A stretch of DNA of 64,000 nt, taken from assembly GCA_031387665.1 (NCBI GenBank), contig JANNDL010000195.1, positions 113-64,112 on the forward strand. Direction: 5' to 3'. Shown here piece by piece: positions 31,613 through 41,130 of this stretch (the first letter of the stretch is position 1; each line of letters starts with the position of its first letter). Below the pieces are notes generated by a model. It did no database searches. It was given only the letters and a program-made list of their open reading frames with translations, and had not been told where the DNA came from. The stretch is from Chamaesiphon sp. OTE_75_metabat_95 (GTDB lineage: Bacteria > Cyanobacteriota > Cyanobacteriia > Cyanobacteriales > Chamaesiphonaceae). The position numbers and the translations under genes are program-made.

Positions 31613-34033
31613 ATGTCTCAAACGACCCTCGTTAGTAGTCCCACTCCATTTATCGAACTAAATAATCAAGGTCAAATTTTGCGGTTTCGACTAGAACAAG
31701 ACTGCTGGCAATTGGGGCGAGATCGGGACTGGACAAATGCGGAAATTCCCCCTGTGGGATGGGAGGTTTTGTCGAGACGACAGGCGGTGCTGGAGCGAGA
31801 GGGGGCGGACTATCGGATCTACGATGGAGATCGCATGGAGCCAAGTCGGAATGGGTTATTTCTCAGTCATACGCGGATCGATCGATCTCAGGGTTATTTA
31901 CTCCAGGATGGGATCCAATTAGCAATTGGTCAAAATAATCACAATCAGATCTTGCTCACCTATTTCAATCCCACCGCTAGCAATACCAATCGGCTCAGTA
32001 AGTTAAAGCTAAATCTCCAAAGTGTCACCAAATTTCCAGTCGAACTGGGTCGAGAAATTGATGTTGCCAACTATGGGGGGATGCAGCTAGATTCGCCTGT
32101 GGTTTCTCGTCGTCACGCCACCATTTCAGTTCACAAAGATGGCTCACACACGATCGAGGATTGGAGTACTAATGGTACTTTTGTCAACGATCTGCGGGTG
32201 AATCGATCGATCGAATTGCACTCTGGAGATCGCATTAGAATTGGGCCATTTATTTTACTATATCAACCTGGCATCCTCGAACTTGCCGATCGCGGTAATC
32301 AGATTCGCCTTGATGCCGCCCATTTGGTGCGCCAGGTGACAGATAAAAGTGGTGAACTACGGACAATATTAAATGATGTCTCGCTCTCGATCGATCCAGG
32401 TCAATTAGTCGCCCTGGTGGGTGGTAGTGGTGCGGGCAAATCAACCTTGATGAAAACACTACTCGGCATCGAACCAACCACGTCTGGCGCGGTTTATCTC
32501 AACGGTGATAATCTCCATCAGCATTTTAATCTCTATCGATCGCATATCGGTTACGTGCCCCAAGACGATATTATTCACCAGGATTTAACCGTCGAGGAAG
32601 TCTTAATGTATGCCTGTAAATTGCGACTACCGCCCGATACTAATCTGCGTCAAGTTCTCCACCACACCTTAGCCCAAATTAAACTCACTCATGTCGCCCA
32701 CACCTTCATTCGCGATCTCAGCGGTGGACAGCGCAAACGGGTCAGCATCGGGGTGGAATTGCTCGCCGACCCCAAATTGTTCTTTCTGGATGAACCGACC
32801 TCTGGACTCGATCCAGGACTCGATCGGGAGCTGATGAAACTGCTACGGGAACTTGCAGATCAAGGGCGGACAGTGATTTTAGTTACCCATGCGACTGCTA
32901 ATCTGGAAGTATGCGATCGAGTGGCATTTATGGCGCGGGGCGGTACTCTGTGCTACTTTGGTACGCCCACTGCTGCCTTAGCTTTTTTTGAACTACCCAG
33001 CCATGATTTCAAATATTTTGCTGATATTTATCTCAAACTCGATCGCGGTAGCACCAAGCAAGAATTGCAGGCAATTGTTGCAGAATGGGCAAGCAAATTT
33101 CAACAGTCTGCGGCATATATTGCGCCATCAGCAGACCAACTGAGTGGAGGATTGTCATCGTTGACAACCGAACGAGTCAAGAGTTCATTGTGGCAGCAAT
33201 TATCGATTCTCAGTCATCGTTATTGGCAATTAGGCGTGCGAGATCGGACTAGTTTAATCCTGGCACTATTGACGGGACCGATCGGGATTATCCTGATTCG
33301 ACTGGCAATTCAGGGTCAAGATCCCTTAGTCCAAGTTAACCCCGCTTCCGCACTACAGGCTGCATTAACCCTCAAAACATTATTTATTTTCAGTTGTGTG
33401 GGGATCTGGGTGGGTATTTCCTGTTCCGCCCAAGAAATCGTCAAAGAAAGAGCTATTTATGCCCGCGAACGCCTAGTAAATCTGGGTCTAGTTCCCTATC
33501 TTGGCTCCAAAATATTCGTGCGATCGGGCATTGCGATCGCGCAAACTAGCTTACTGGTAGTGGTAATCTCGATCGCATTTCCCGCCCCAATTTCTCCGCT
33601 GCTACCCTGGACAGTGGGCTTATTCATCACCAATTTCTGCACCCTCATCAGCAGTATTTGCTTGGGATTATTACTGTCAACTTTTGTCAATAATGAAAAT
33701 GAAGCTAACAATTCACTGCCATTGATTATGATTCCCCAAATCATTTTTTCAGGCGTATTATTCGATCTCGATGGGATCTCGACTCAGATTTCCTGGTTGA
33801 TGCTCAGTCGCTGGTCAGTTAGTGCTTATGGGACATTGGTAGATGTTAATGCGATGATTCCTAGTTCGATCGTCATCCCTGGACTACCACCCATCCCCCA
33901 GCCGATTCAAGCTAATCCGATCTACGCGCCGACCTGGGAAAAGTTGGGATTAGACTGGGGGGCATTGTTACTAAGTGCGATGATTTATTTAGTTATTGCC
34001 CTCTATCTCCAAAAGCGCAAAGATGTAGTTTAA
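31613..34033 (+). CDS. FHA-FHA-ABC transporter (two FHA domains, ABC ATPase and ABC-2 type permease in one polypeptide)
   Basis: FHA cores are LGRD...SRRQAVLE...SRNGLFL and LGRE...VSRRHATISV...STNGTFVN. Walker A is GGSGAGKST, the signature LSGGQRKRV and Walker B FFLDEPTSGLD. Six C-terminal hydrophobic helices follow. Confidence 0.9.
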   Translation: MSQTTLVSSPTPFIELNNQGQILRFRLEQDCWQLGRDRDWTNAEIPPVGWEVLSRRQAVLEREGADYRIYDGDRMEPSRNGLFLSHTRIDRSQGYLLQDGIQLAIGQNNHNQILLTYFNPTASNTNRLSKLKLNLQSVTKFPVELGREIDVANYGGMQLDSPVVSRRHATISVHKDGSHTIEDWSTNGTFVNDLRVNRSIELHSGDRIRIGPFILLYQPGILELADRGNQIRLDAAHLVRQVTDKSGELRTILNDVSLSIDPGQLVALVGGSGAGKSTLMKTLLGIEPTTSGAVYLNGDNLHQHFNLYRSHIGYVPQDDIIHQDLTVEEVLMYACKLRLPPDTNLRQVLHHTLAQIKLTHVAHTFIRDLSGGQRKRVSIGVELLADPKLFFLDEPTSGLDPGLDRELMKLLRELADQGRTVILVTHATANLEVCDRVAFMARGGTLCYFGTPTAALAFFELPSHDFKYFADIYLKLDRGSTKQELQAIVAEWASKFQQSAAYIAPSADQLSGGLSSLTTERVKSSLWQQLSILSHRYWQLGVRDRTSLILALLTGPIGIILIRLAIQGQDPLVQVNPASALQAALTLKTLFIFSCVGIWVGISCSAQEIVKERAIYARERLVNLGLVPYLGSKIFVRSGIAIAQTSLLVVVISIAFPAPISPLLPWTVGLFITNFCTLISSICLGLLLSTFVNNENEANNSLPLIMIPQIIFSGVLFDLDGISTQISWLMLSRWSVSAYGTLVDVNAMIPSSIVIPGLPPIPQPIQANPIYAPTWEKLGLDWGALLLSAMIYLVIALYLQKRKDVV

Positions 34034-34085
34034 ACTAAATTTGATTGTCTTTTAAGATTACTAATATACAACACCCAATTAGCCA

Positions 34086-35063
34086 ATGAAAACTGGAGGA
34101 TCGAGTTCTCAACTTGCAACTATCCCATCAAATAATCACTATTCACACTCCAAAACCCAGATGTTGATTAAAAATCTGAAATTAGAATCAAAGTTTAATA
34201 CTTTTTTATTGCTCATATTTATTATCGGATCTATTTTGACCAGTTCTCTACTATTCCAGCTTCTGGAACAGAATGCTGAAACCGAAATAGCCGATCGAGC
34301 TAAACTAATTGTGCAAACGATGAACTCGGTCAGAGACTACACGAGCAATAATATTCAACCATTACTCAACGACAGACTGGAAACCGACGCAGCTTTTATT
34401 CCCGAAACTGTTCCAGCATTTTCAGCAACTGAGGTATTTCAGAAATTAAGAAAGAATCCAGCCTATCGGAGTTTCTTTTATAAAGAAGCAACTCTAAATC
34501 CGACCAACCTGCGGGATAAAGTTGATAGCTTTGAAACTACTCTAGTCGAAAAGTTTAGAAGCGAAGCCGCTGTCAAAGAGCTATCCGGCTTTCGAGATCT
34601 GCCGAGTGGCAAAGTGTTCTACATCGCCCGCCCCCTCAGCATCAAAAAAGATAGCTGTCTGCGCTGTCACTCTACACCCGATCGAGCACCCAAGAGTCAG
34701 ATTGCGACCTATGGATCGGAAAATGGTTTTGGCTGGAAGCTGAACGAAATTGTTGCTGCTCAGGTGATTTCTGTCCCGGCAGATGAGATTTTAGCTAATG
34801 CTCAAGACGCACTCAAGGTGGTGATGGCGGTTTTATTAGCGGTGTTTGGAGCAATTTTATTAGCAATCAATTATTTGTTGCGCCGAACGGTGATTCAACC
34901 CATTAAAAATATGGTTAAAACGGCTGAAGCAGTCAGTTTGGGGGATATGGATGCAGAATTTCAACATCAGAGTCAAGATGAAGTTGGGCTGCTCTCGGCG
35001 GCTTTTGGTCGGATGAAATCGAGCTTGCAAATTTCGATGGATTTGCTCAAGCAATTGGAATAG
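34086..35063 (+). CDS. DUF3365 (Tll0287-like heme-c sensor domain) - TM - HAMP protein lacking an output domain
   Basis: The CxxCH heme motif CLRCH lies in SIKKDSCLRCHSTPDRAP. A TM helix (VVMAVLLAVFGAILLAINYLL) and a HAMP domain (RRTVIQPIKNMVKTAEAVSLGDMDAEF...EVGLLSAAFGRM) follow. The stop comes about 20 aa after HAMP. The likely start is ATG 34161. Confidence 0.7.
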   Translation: MKTGGSSSQLATIPSNNHYSHSKTQMLIKNLKLESKFNTFLLLIFIIGSILTSSLLFQLLEQNAETEIADRAKLIVQTMNSVRDYTSNNIQPLLNDRLETDAAFIPETVPAFSATEVFQKLRKNPAYRSFFYKEATLNPTNLRDKVDSFETTLVEKFRSEAAVKELSGFRDLPSGKVFYIARPLSIKKDSCLRCHSTPDRAPKSQIATYGSENGFGWKLNEIVAAQVISVPADEILANAQDALKVVMAVLLAVFGAILLAINYLLRRTVIQPIKNMVKTAEAVSLGDMDAEFQHQSQDEVGLLSAAFGRMKSSLQISMDLLKQLE

Positions 35064-35118
35064 TTTGATGCTTTAATGATTTCTATAGTAGAGAGGAATC
35101 GATCGACTTGTAGGATTC

Positions 35119-35152
35119 AGAAACCCGACTTTTCCGAAAAAGTTGGGTTTCT
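35119..35152. terminator. Bidirectional hairpin between convergent genes
   Basis: AGAAACCCGACTTTTCCGAAAAAGTTGGGTTTCT forms a 14-bp stem with one wobble pair, and T-runs lie on both strands. Confidence 0.65.
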
Positions 35153-35172
35153 TTGCGAAGCTATTCCGCAAT

Positions 35173-35928
35173 CTAGCTCTTGAGCTTAATCTCAACATTC
35201 TCTAAGGCTGACAAACCTACGTCCACACTAGATTTACCATCATATTCAAATGGATTATCTAGATCCTCAATCAAGAATAATAAATAGACAAATAGCGTAA
35301 ACATAAAAGTCGAGACAGTTAAATTCTCGCTAAACCGTTCGGCATCAATTAGTAACAATGCACAAATCGAACCGCCCAGAAATAGCCAGAGTAGCACATA
35401 AGCAGCTCCGAGAAAATCCGTATCCCGATTACCACGCATTTGTCTAGAGATCGATCGAATCCTGGCTTGCTCGGTATGAATGTAAGTGACAAATCCGCTG
35501 CAATTATCGAGATTTAAAATCTTGGCGAGGAGCGGATTAAGTCGATCGATCGCATCATCAACCACCGTAAATTCTTTATTCTCCTTGAGCCAATCTAAGA
35601 TCGATCGACTGATATTTCCCAGAGCTTGTTTGAGCGGTTCTGGTTGATATTCTGGATATCTATTCGCGATAATTTGGTTGGTATCCTCGATCGTTTCTAG
35701 GGCATTGGCGATTTGAGATGGCATCCCTTCACAGGCGCGATAATCGCTGAGTGTGCCGCTCAAAATCAAGGCAATCACGAATGTTGCCGCACTGAATAAC
35801 GCACCTGTGAGCGCGTCAAATGCCCAGGGTTCCCAGTCGAGCCAGTGCATCATCAGCTTAACAACACAAAATAAACCTGTCCACGGCAAAACCTTTGCCA
35901 GAATACCCCACTTGACTAAATCAAACAC
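35173..35928 (-). CDS. Hypothetical integral membrane protein (possibly bestrophin-like/DUF4239-like)
   Basis: 251 aa with two N-terminal and two C-terminal hydrophobic helices around a soluble core. The family is not recognised securely. Confidence 0.5.
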   Translation of the reverse strand: MFDLVKWGILAKVLPWTGLFCVVKLMMHWLDWEPWAFDALTGALFSAATFVIALILSGTLSDYRACEGMPSQIANALETIEDTNQIIANRYPEYQPEPLKQALGNISRSILDWLKENKEFTVVDDAIDRLNPLLAKILNLDNCSGFVTYIHTEQARIRSISRQMRGNRDTDFLGAAYVLLWLFLGGSICALLLIDAERFSENLTVSTFMFTLFVYLLFLIEDLDNPFEYDGKSSVDVGLSALENVEIKLKS

Positions 35929-35960
35929 GATCGTACTTTTATCAGAATAATTACTGGGTA

Positions 35961-36791
35961 TTATTTTACACTCTTGGGTGTCGGAACTAGGTTTAGTTGA
36001 TATTTGTATAAGGCAACCGGACGACTTTGCAGTTTATCGATTGTTTTGAAGTAGTTGGGGTCTTTTGGTGATAGATAGATTGCTGAAATCTGCGTTGCGG
36101 TAATTGATGGTGTAGGTGTGGGGGAGAACTGATAACTAGTCGTAGTTTCGACAGTATTGAGATAAATCGTCGAGCTAGTCCGAAAAATCTGTTGGGAAAG
36201 TTCGGTGGAAATAAACCGATTTGGTTGGGCAGTTTCCAGATTGAATCCAGTTACAAAAGCCTCTAATTCTCGATCTTGGGTTAATTGGGTGATTTGTTTA
36301 GTGGGATTTTGGGGATCTATTTTGACGGAGGTAACATTGGCTGCACCTAAATAAGCAGTGGCAATATTTAATCCATTAAAAGCTCGATCGGCTACAATTT
36401 GCGGTGCAGGTGAACTTGATTTTAATCTAGGTAAATTTAGCGGGGAAAACTTGGCAGCTTTCGCGGGTTTATTCGGTACAAATTGCACGGTGAACTCGAT
36501 CGGTTTGTCAATATACTGGCGATTGCTTTCAAATCCAGGTGTGACGACATCTGGAGCCAAGGGTGCAATCTGTTCGAGCAGCGTACTAGTTGCTACCCAC
36601 TGCCCCTGAAACCACTCAGGATAGGTCAATTCGCCCTCATGCCGTGCCACTTGTGCCACACCATTCCAATTGGGGAATCGATCGATCCTGTCGCTCAACG
36701 CGCCTGCTAGGGCACTGGGTGCGATCGATAGGCAGACGGCGATCGCCCAGAGGCAAGCTACAATTTTGAAAACTACTGTGCTGATGCTCAT
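35961..36791 (-). CDS. Hypothetical exported protein
   Basis: 276 aa with an N-terminal signal-like helix (VVFKIVACLWAIAVCLSIAPSALA). I recognise no motifs. Confidence 0.5.
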   Translation of the reverse strand: MSISTVVFKIVACLWAIAVCLSIAPSALAGALSDRIDRFPNWNGVAQVARHEGELTYPEWFQGQWVATSTLLEQIAPLAPDVVTPGFESNRQYIDKPIEFTVQFVPNKPAKAAKFSPLNLPRLKSSSPAPQIVADRAFNGLNIATAYLGAANVTSVKIDPQNPTKQITQLTQDRELEAFVTGFNLETAQPNRFISTELSQQIFRTSSTIYLNTVETTTSYQFSPTPTPSITATQISAIYLSPKDPNYFKTIDKLQSRPVALYKYQLNLVPTPKSVK

Positions 36792-36891
36792 TAATTAACT
36801 GTCACAAATAAGATTTTGATTAGCATCCCGATTAAAATAGAAATATCCAGCGAACCAGAAACATAACGCTGTTTCAGATCTAGCAAGAACC

Positions 36892-37119
36892 ATGACACAG
36901 GCACAAGATACAGACCTTAAAGAAATTAGGAATTTAATCCAGGGACTCGATCAAAAAATCGATATCATGGACACTCGCTTGGTAGAAGTTGAGAAGAAAA
37001 TTGACAAACTAGATACCAAGATCGACAAGCAGGATAATCGGCTGTGGCTGTTTATGAGCTTGATTCTGACCACTGCATTTGCTACGATTTTCAAGTTATT
37101 AGCTTTCCCTAATCTCTAG
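36892..37119 (+). CDS. Small coiled-coil, C-terminally anchored membrane protein (XhlA-like architecture)
   Basis: 75 aa. A heptad-rich region (DQKIDIMDTRLVEVEKKIDKLDTKIDKQDNRL) is followed by one TM helix. Confidence 0.4.
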   Translation: MTQAQDTDLKEIRNLIQGLDQKIDIMDTRLVEVEKKIDKLDTKIDKQDNRLWLFMSLILTTAFATIFKLLAFPNL

Positions 37120-37128
37120 TTAAAATCG

Positions 37129-38223
37129 CTAGCCTTGCAATACCTTACACTGCCCATAATGACGCAACAGGTGATCGCACAACACTAGTGCCACCATTGC
37201 TTCCACCATTGGCACCGCACGGGGTAATACACAAGGATCGTGCCTGCCCTTCGCCGCCAGCGTTGTTTCCTCACCCGCCTGCGTCACCGTATTCTGCTCC
37301 TTCCGAATTGTCGCAGTTGGTTTAAACGCGACGCGGATGATAATATTCTCACCATTGGAAATGCCACCTTGGGTGCCGCCAGATCGATTGGTGCGTGTCC
37401 GAATTTCACCCTGTTCGTCGGTATAGAACTCATCATTATGTTCACTTCCAGTTAGCAATGTTCCGGCAAAACCCGAACCGATTTCAAAACCTTTGGTGGC
37501 TGGGAGCGACATTACCCCTTTAGCGATATCTGCTTCCAATCGATCGAATACGGGCATTCCTAGACCCTTGGGGACGTTTCTCACGACACATTCTACTACC
37601 CCACCGATCGAGTCGCCCTCTCTGCCGATGGCTTCAATTCGATCGATCATCGTATCTGCACAAGTCAGATCGGGACAGCGGACAATGTTACTTTCGACTT
37701 GATCCAGGGTGACAGTATTGGGATCGACGGTTGCTTCGATATCTTGAATTCGTTTCACATAGCCGATTACTTCGACGTTATTAAAAATTTGGAGTACCTT
37801 CTTGGCAATAGCTCCAGCCGCAACTCGCCCAATTGTTTCCCGCGCGGAAGATCTGCCGCCACCTTGCCAGTTGCGAATGCCATACTTAGCATCGTAAGTA
37901 GCATCAGCATGAGATGGGCGATAGGTTTGCACCATTTCACTATAGTCTTGGGATCTAGCATCTTGATTCCGCACCAGGATACTAATTGGTGTCCCAGTGG
38001 TTTTACCTTCAAACACCCCTGATAAGATTTCGCAGGTATCTGTTTCCTTGCGAGGCGTGGTAATCTTGCTCTGTCCTGGACGACGGCGATCGAGTTCAAC
38101 TTGGATTTCGGCTGCTGTAATCTCGACTAGGGGCGGACAACCATCGATAATCACCCCGACACCACCTCCATGTGATTCGCCATAGGTGGTAATTCTAAAT
38201 AAATGCCCAAAGGTGTTTCCCAT
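37129..38223 (-). CDS. aroC: Chorismate synthase
   Basis: [31 protein letters not shown]...[10 protein letters not shown]...GRHDPCV. Confidence 0.95.
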   Translation of the reverse strand: MGNTFGHLFRITTYGESHGGGVGVIIDGCPPLVEITAAEIQVELDRRRPGQSKITTPRKETDTCEILSGVFEGKTTGTPISILVRNQDARSQDYSEMVQTYRPSHADATYDAKYGIRNWQGGGRSSARETIGRVAAGAIAKKVLQIFNNVEVIGYVKRIQDIEATVDPNTVTLDQVESNIVRCPDLTCADTMIDRIEAIGREGDSIGGVVECVVRNVPKGLGMPVFDRLEADIAKGVMSLPATKGFEIGSGFAGTLLTGSEHNDEFYTDEQGEIRTRTNRSGGTQGGISNGENIIIRVAFKPTATIRKEQNTVTQAGEETTLAAKGRHDPCVLPRAVPMVEAMVALVLCDHLLRHYGQCKVLQG

Positions 38224-38526
38224 CGTGTCTGCAAAAGTCGATCGTCAGTGATTAATTACTAGTTTACCCTGCTGCCAGGGGTGATTCGATCAGATCTGGC
38301 CGATCGAAGTATTTGTGCATTATTACTGGATCTAAATTTGATTAGTTTCCGGATCACTGACAAGATCGAGTGTAAATGTATAAACAAGCTTACAACGGAA
38401 TTAATTGACGATTCCGCATGGCGGACGCTCCGCGTTGGCAACGCCTGCGCTTTGCGCTTACGAGACGAGCAGTAATAGTTCAGTTGTCATCACCTCACTA
38501 CTTTGAAATTGCATCACAGAGATATC

Positions 38527-38757
38527 ATGAATCAATCCAATTTACTTTGCGCATTTGCCCGCTATCAAGGCGAATTCACACCTGCAAATCTCGCCTTCAA
38601 TGCCAATCTTCAAGAATTTTCCCAGAAAGTGAGTTTTATCGTCGCACTAGAAACAGGCGGTAAGCTTTCTACGCGGGCTGCTTATGAGCAGATTGAAGCA
38701 CTACAGGAACTGCTATCCAAATCAAAGCAACAACTGGGAATTACCAATAATAATTAG
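38527..38757 (+). CDS. Hypothetical small protein
   Basis: MNQSNLLCAFARYQGEFTPANLAFNANLQEFSQKVSFIVALETGGKLSTRAAYEQIEALQELL. The ORF track begins at an upstream TTG (38503). Confidence 0.45.
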   Translation: MNQSNLLCAFARYQGEFTPANLAFNANLQEFSQKVSFIVALETGGKLSTRAAYEQIEALQELLSKSKQQLGITNNN

Positions 38758-38950
38758 TGTATTGCCGCACTTTCTACTACTCTCTTTCCGCTCTAGGACT
38801 ATAGATTAGTCTTTTCGTCTGGAGAAGAAGAGTCACGATTTGACATCGTGACTATAAAATTGGTCTTTTCAATGATTTATCTACATAAATTTCCAGAATG
38901 ATCTCAATTTAGTTTTAGTGTCAACTAAAAACCCATAATTGAGGACTGTT

Positions 38951-41074
38951 ATGGAAATCGTCAATCTATCAGTGGGAAGTATTCTCGCAGCACGTTATCA
39001 AATCGCCGAACTGCTGGGTGAAGGTGGTAGCGGTAGCACCTACCGAGCGACTCGCCTTGAAGACGGCACATCCGTAGCCATCAAAGTTCTGTCCCTGCGC
39101 CATCTCAACGACTGGAAACAGCTTGAACTATTTGAGCGGGAAGCAAAAGTATTATCCCAACTCAATCATCCCCAGATTCCTGAATACCTGGAATATTTTC
39201 ACGTCGATACACCTGACAATCGCGCCTTCTACATCGTCCAACAACTTGCACCTGGAAAGCCACTCACCGCTTGGGTGCAATCTGGCTGGCGTAGCACCGA
39301 AATTGAAGTGCGAGATATCGCCAGTCAGTTGCTCGAAATCTTACAATATCTCCACCAACAGTCCCCACCGCTGATTCATCGCGATCTCAAGCCTCACAAT
39401 ATCATCCGCAATGACGATGGACGAATCTTTCTCGTCGATTTTGGCGCGGTGCAGAATGTCTACAACAATACGATGCTCAAAGGCTACACGGTTGCCGGAA
39501 CCTATGGCTATATGGCTCCAGAACAGTTTCGGGGTGCCGCAGTACCCGCAAGTGATTTGTATGGCTTGGGTGCAACTATACTGTATCTCTTGACTCATCG
39601 ATCGCCAGCAGATTTACCTCAAGAACGCTTGAAGCTGAGTTTTCGCACTCATGTGAATATCTCTAACCATTTTGCCGACTGGTTAGAAATGATGCTGGAG
39701 CCAGATACTGCTGACAGATTCTCATCAGCAGATGTAGCTTTGAATGCTTTGAAGAAACAACATCAATTCCGCATTCAAACGGGGACTAAAATTGGGTTTC
39801 CGTGGCGGGGTACTGCACTAACAGCCGCAATTTTGGTAATCCTTGCACCACTAATTTATCGATATCGTTATGCTCTTTTGACTAGTATTGGCATAACATC
39901 TCACGAACCTTGTGAATTAATTGGGGAGAATAATCGAAAATCACTGGATGAGTACCTTGCTCATGGTGTCAGTATTAATGCCAGTGTTGGAGTTGGTGAA
40001 TTTATTGAATTTGGTAAATATAGAATTGGTGGAACTGGTTCGTTATTACACTGTGCAATTCAATCTGAGCAGACTGAAATCATGGCGGATTTAATCAGAA
40101 AAGGTGCAGATATTCACATACTTAACAGTGCTGGATACTCTCCATTAATGGTTGCAGTACAAAATTCTAATGCCTCAGCAGTGAGAAATCTACTTCAAGC
40201 TGGAGCAGACCCACATGCTGTTGATCGAAAAGGACTTTCATTATGGCATTTTCTAAATTGGAATAATTCCGATCGAGAAGAAAACAAAGTAAAAACCCAG
40301 TCAATTCCTAAAGAATTGATCGCCAAAAAAGTAGATATTAATAAGCAAGATATCGAAGGGAATACTCCTTTGCATTTAGCACTTAAAAATTCTAATGATC
40401 TGGCAACTTATATGCTATTGAATTATAAAGCCAAAACCGATGTTAGCAACAATCGAGGGCAAACCACTTTGATGACTGCGGTTATTAGTCAAAATTTTGA
40501 TATGGTAAAACTGTTAATATCACAGGGTGGTGGAGTTAATATTGCAGATAACTATGGTACAACACCACTAATGGCGACAATTACAGGTAATACGGGTGAA
40601 TATAGTGATATCTTTACGATTGAACATATTGTACCAATGTTTACTAGAGGTGAAGTTAAATCAATAGATACCACACTCCCGATTCCTAAGATTATCAATT
40701 TGTTAATAGATAAAGGTGCTAGTCTAAATCTTGTCAATCTAGATGGAGATACAGCCTTACATTTGTTGGTAAATCTTGAAACTATTGCTAAGAATGATAT
40801 TGGATGCGCTCAAAATAGGTCTCTGGCAATATATATACTGGATTTACTAATCAAGCATCAAGCGGATCTAAGCATAGTTAACAAGAATGGTGATACTGCT
40901 TTACATGTATTAGCTAAAAAAGACTTCTTTCCTGTAACTGATCGAATGATTCAATATGGCGCAAACCCACTTCATCAAAATGCTAAAGGTAAAAATGCTG
41001 TAGAGTTAGCTAGCGCGGTAGGGAATAGACAACAGAGATGTCCGCCGCGACGACAACGTGAAAGTGTTAGATAG
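38951..41074 (+). CDS. Hanks-type Ser/Thr kinase - TM - ankyrin-repeat protein
   Basis: The ATG at 38951 is preceded by GAGGA. Kinase motifs are GEGGSGSTY, AIKVL, HRDLKPHNII, DFG and GYMAPEQ. One TM helix lies near residue 290. At least five ankyrin-like repeats are present (GYSPLMVAVQNSNASAVRNLLQAGADP, GNTPLHLALKN, GQTTLMTAV, GDTALHLL, GDTALHVLAK). Confidence 0.88.
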   Translation: MEIVNLSVGSILAARYQIAELLGEGGSGSTYRATRLEDGTSVAIKVLSLRHLNDWKQLELFEREAKVLSQLNHPQIPEYLEYFHVDTPDNRAFYIVQQLAPGKPLTAWVQSGWRSTEIEVRDIASQLLEILQYLHQQSPPLIHRDLKPHNIIRNDDGRIFLVDFGAVQNVYNNTMLKGYTVAGTYGYMAPEQFRGAAVPASDLYGLGATILYLLTHRSPADLPQERLKLSFRTHVNISNHFADWLEMMLEPDTADRFSSADVALNALKKQHQFRIQTGTKIGFPWRGTALTAAILVILAPLIYRYRYALLTSIGITSHEPCELIGENNRKSLDEYLAHGVSINASVGVGEFIEFGKYRIGGTGSLLHCAIQSEQTEIMADLIRKGADIHILNSAGYSPLMVAVQNSNASAVRNLLQAGADPHAVDRKGLSLWHFLNWNNSDREENKVKTQSIPKELIAKKVDINKQDIEGNTPLHLALKNSNDLATYMLLNYKAKTDVSNNRGQTTLMTAVISQNFDMVKLLISQGGGVNIADNYGTTPLMATITGNTGEYSDIFTIEHIVPMFTRGEVKSIDTTLPIPKIINLLIDKGASLNLVNLDGDTALHLLVNLETIAKNDIGCAQNRSLAIYILDLLIKHQADLSIVNKNGDTALHVLAKKDFFPVTDRMIQYGANPLHQNAKGKNAVELASAVGNRQQRCPPRRQRESVR

Positions 41075-41130
41075 TAATTGATGTAAACATTGTTTGTTTA
41101 AATAATATATTTGCAGAAATAAATAAAAGA

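Noticed and set aside
37240-38185. Several 60-110-aa ORFs on both strands
   Set aside because: All lie inside, antisense to or out of frame with the well-supported chorismate synthase gene.
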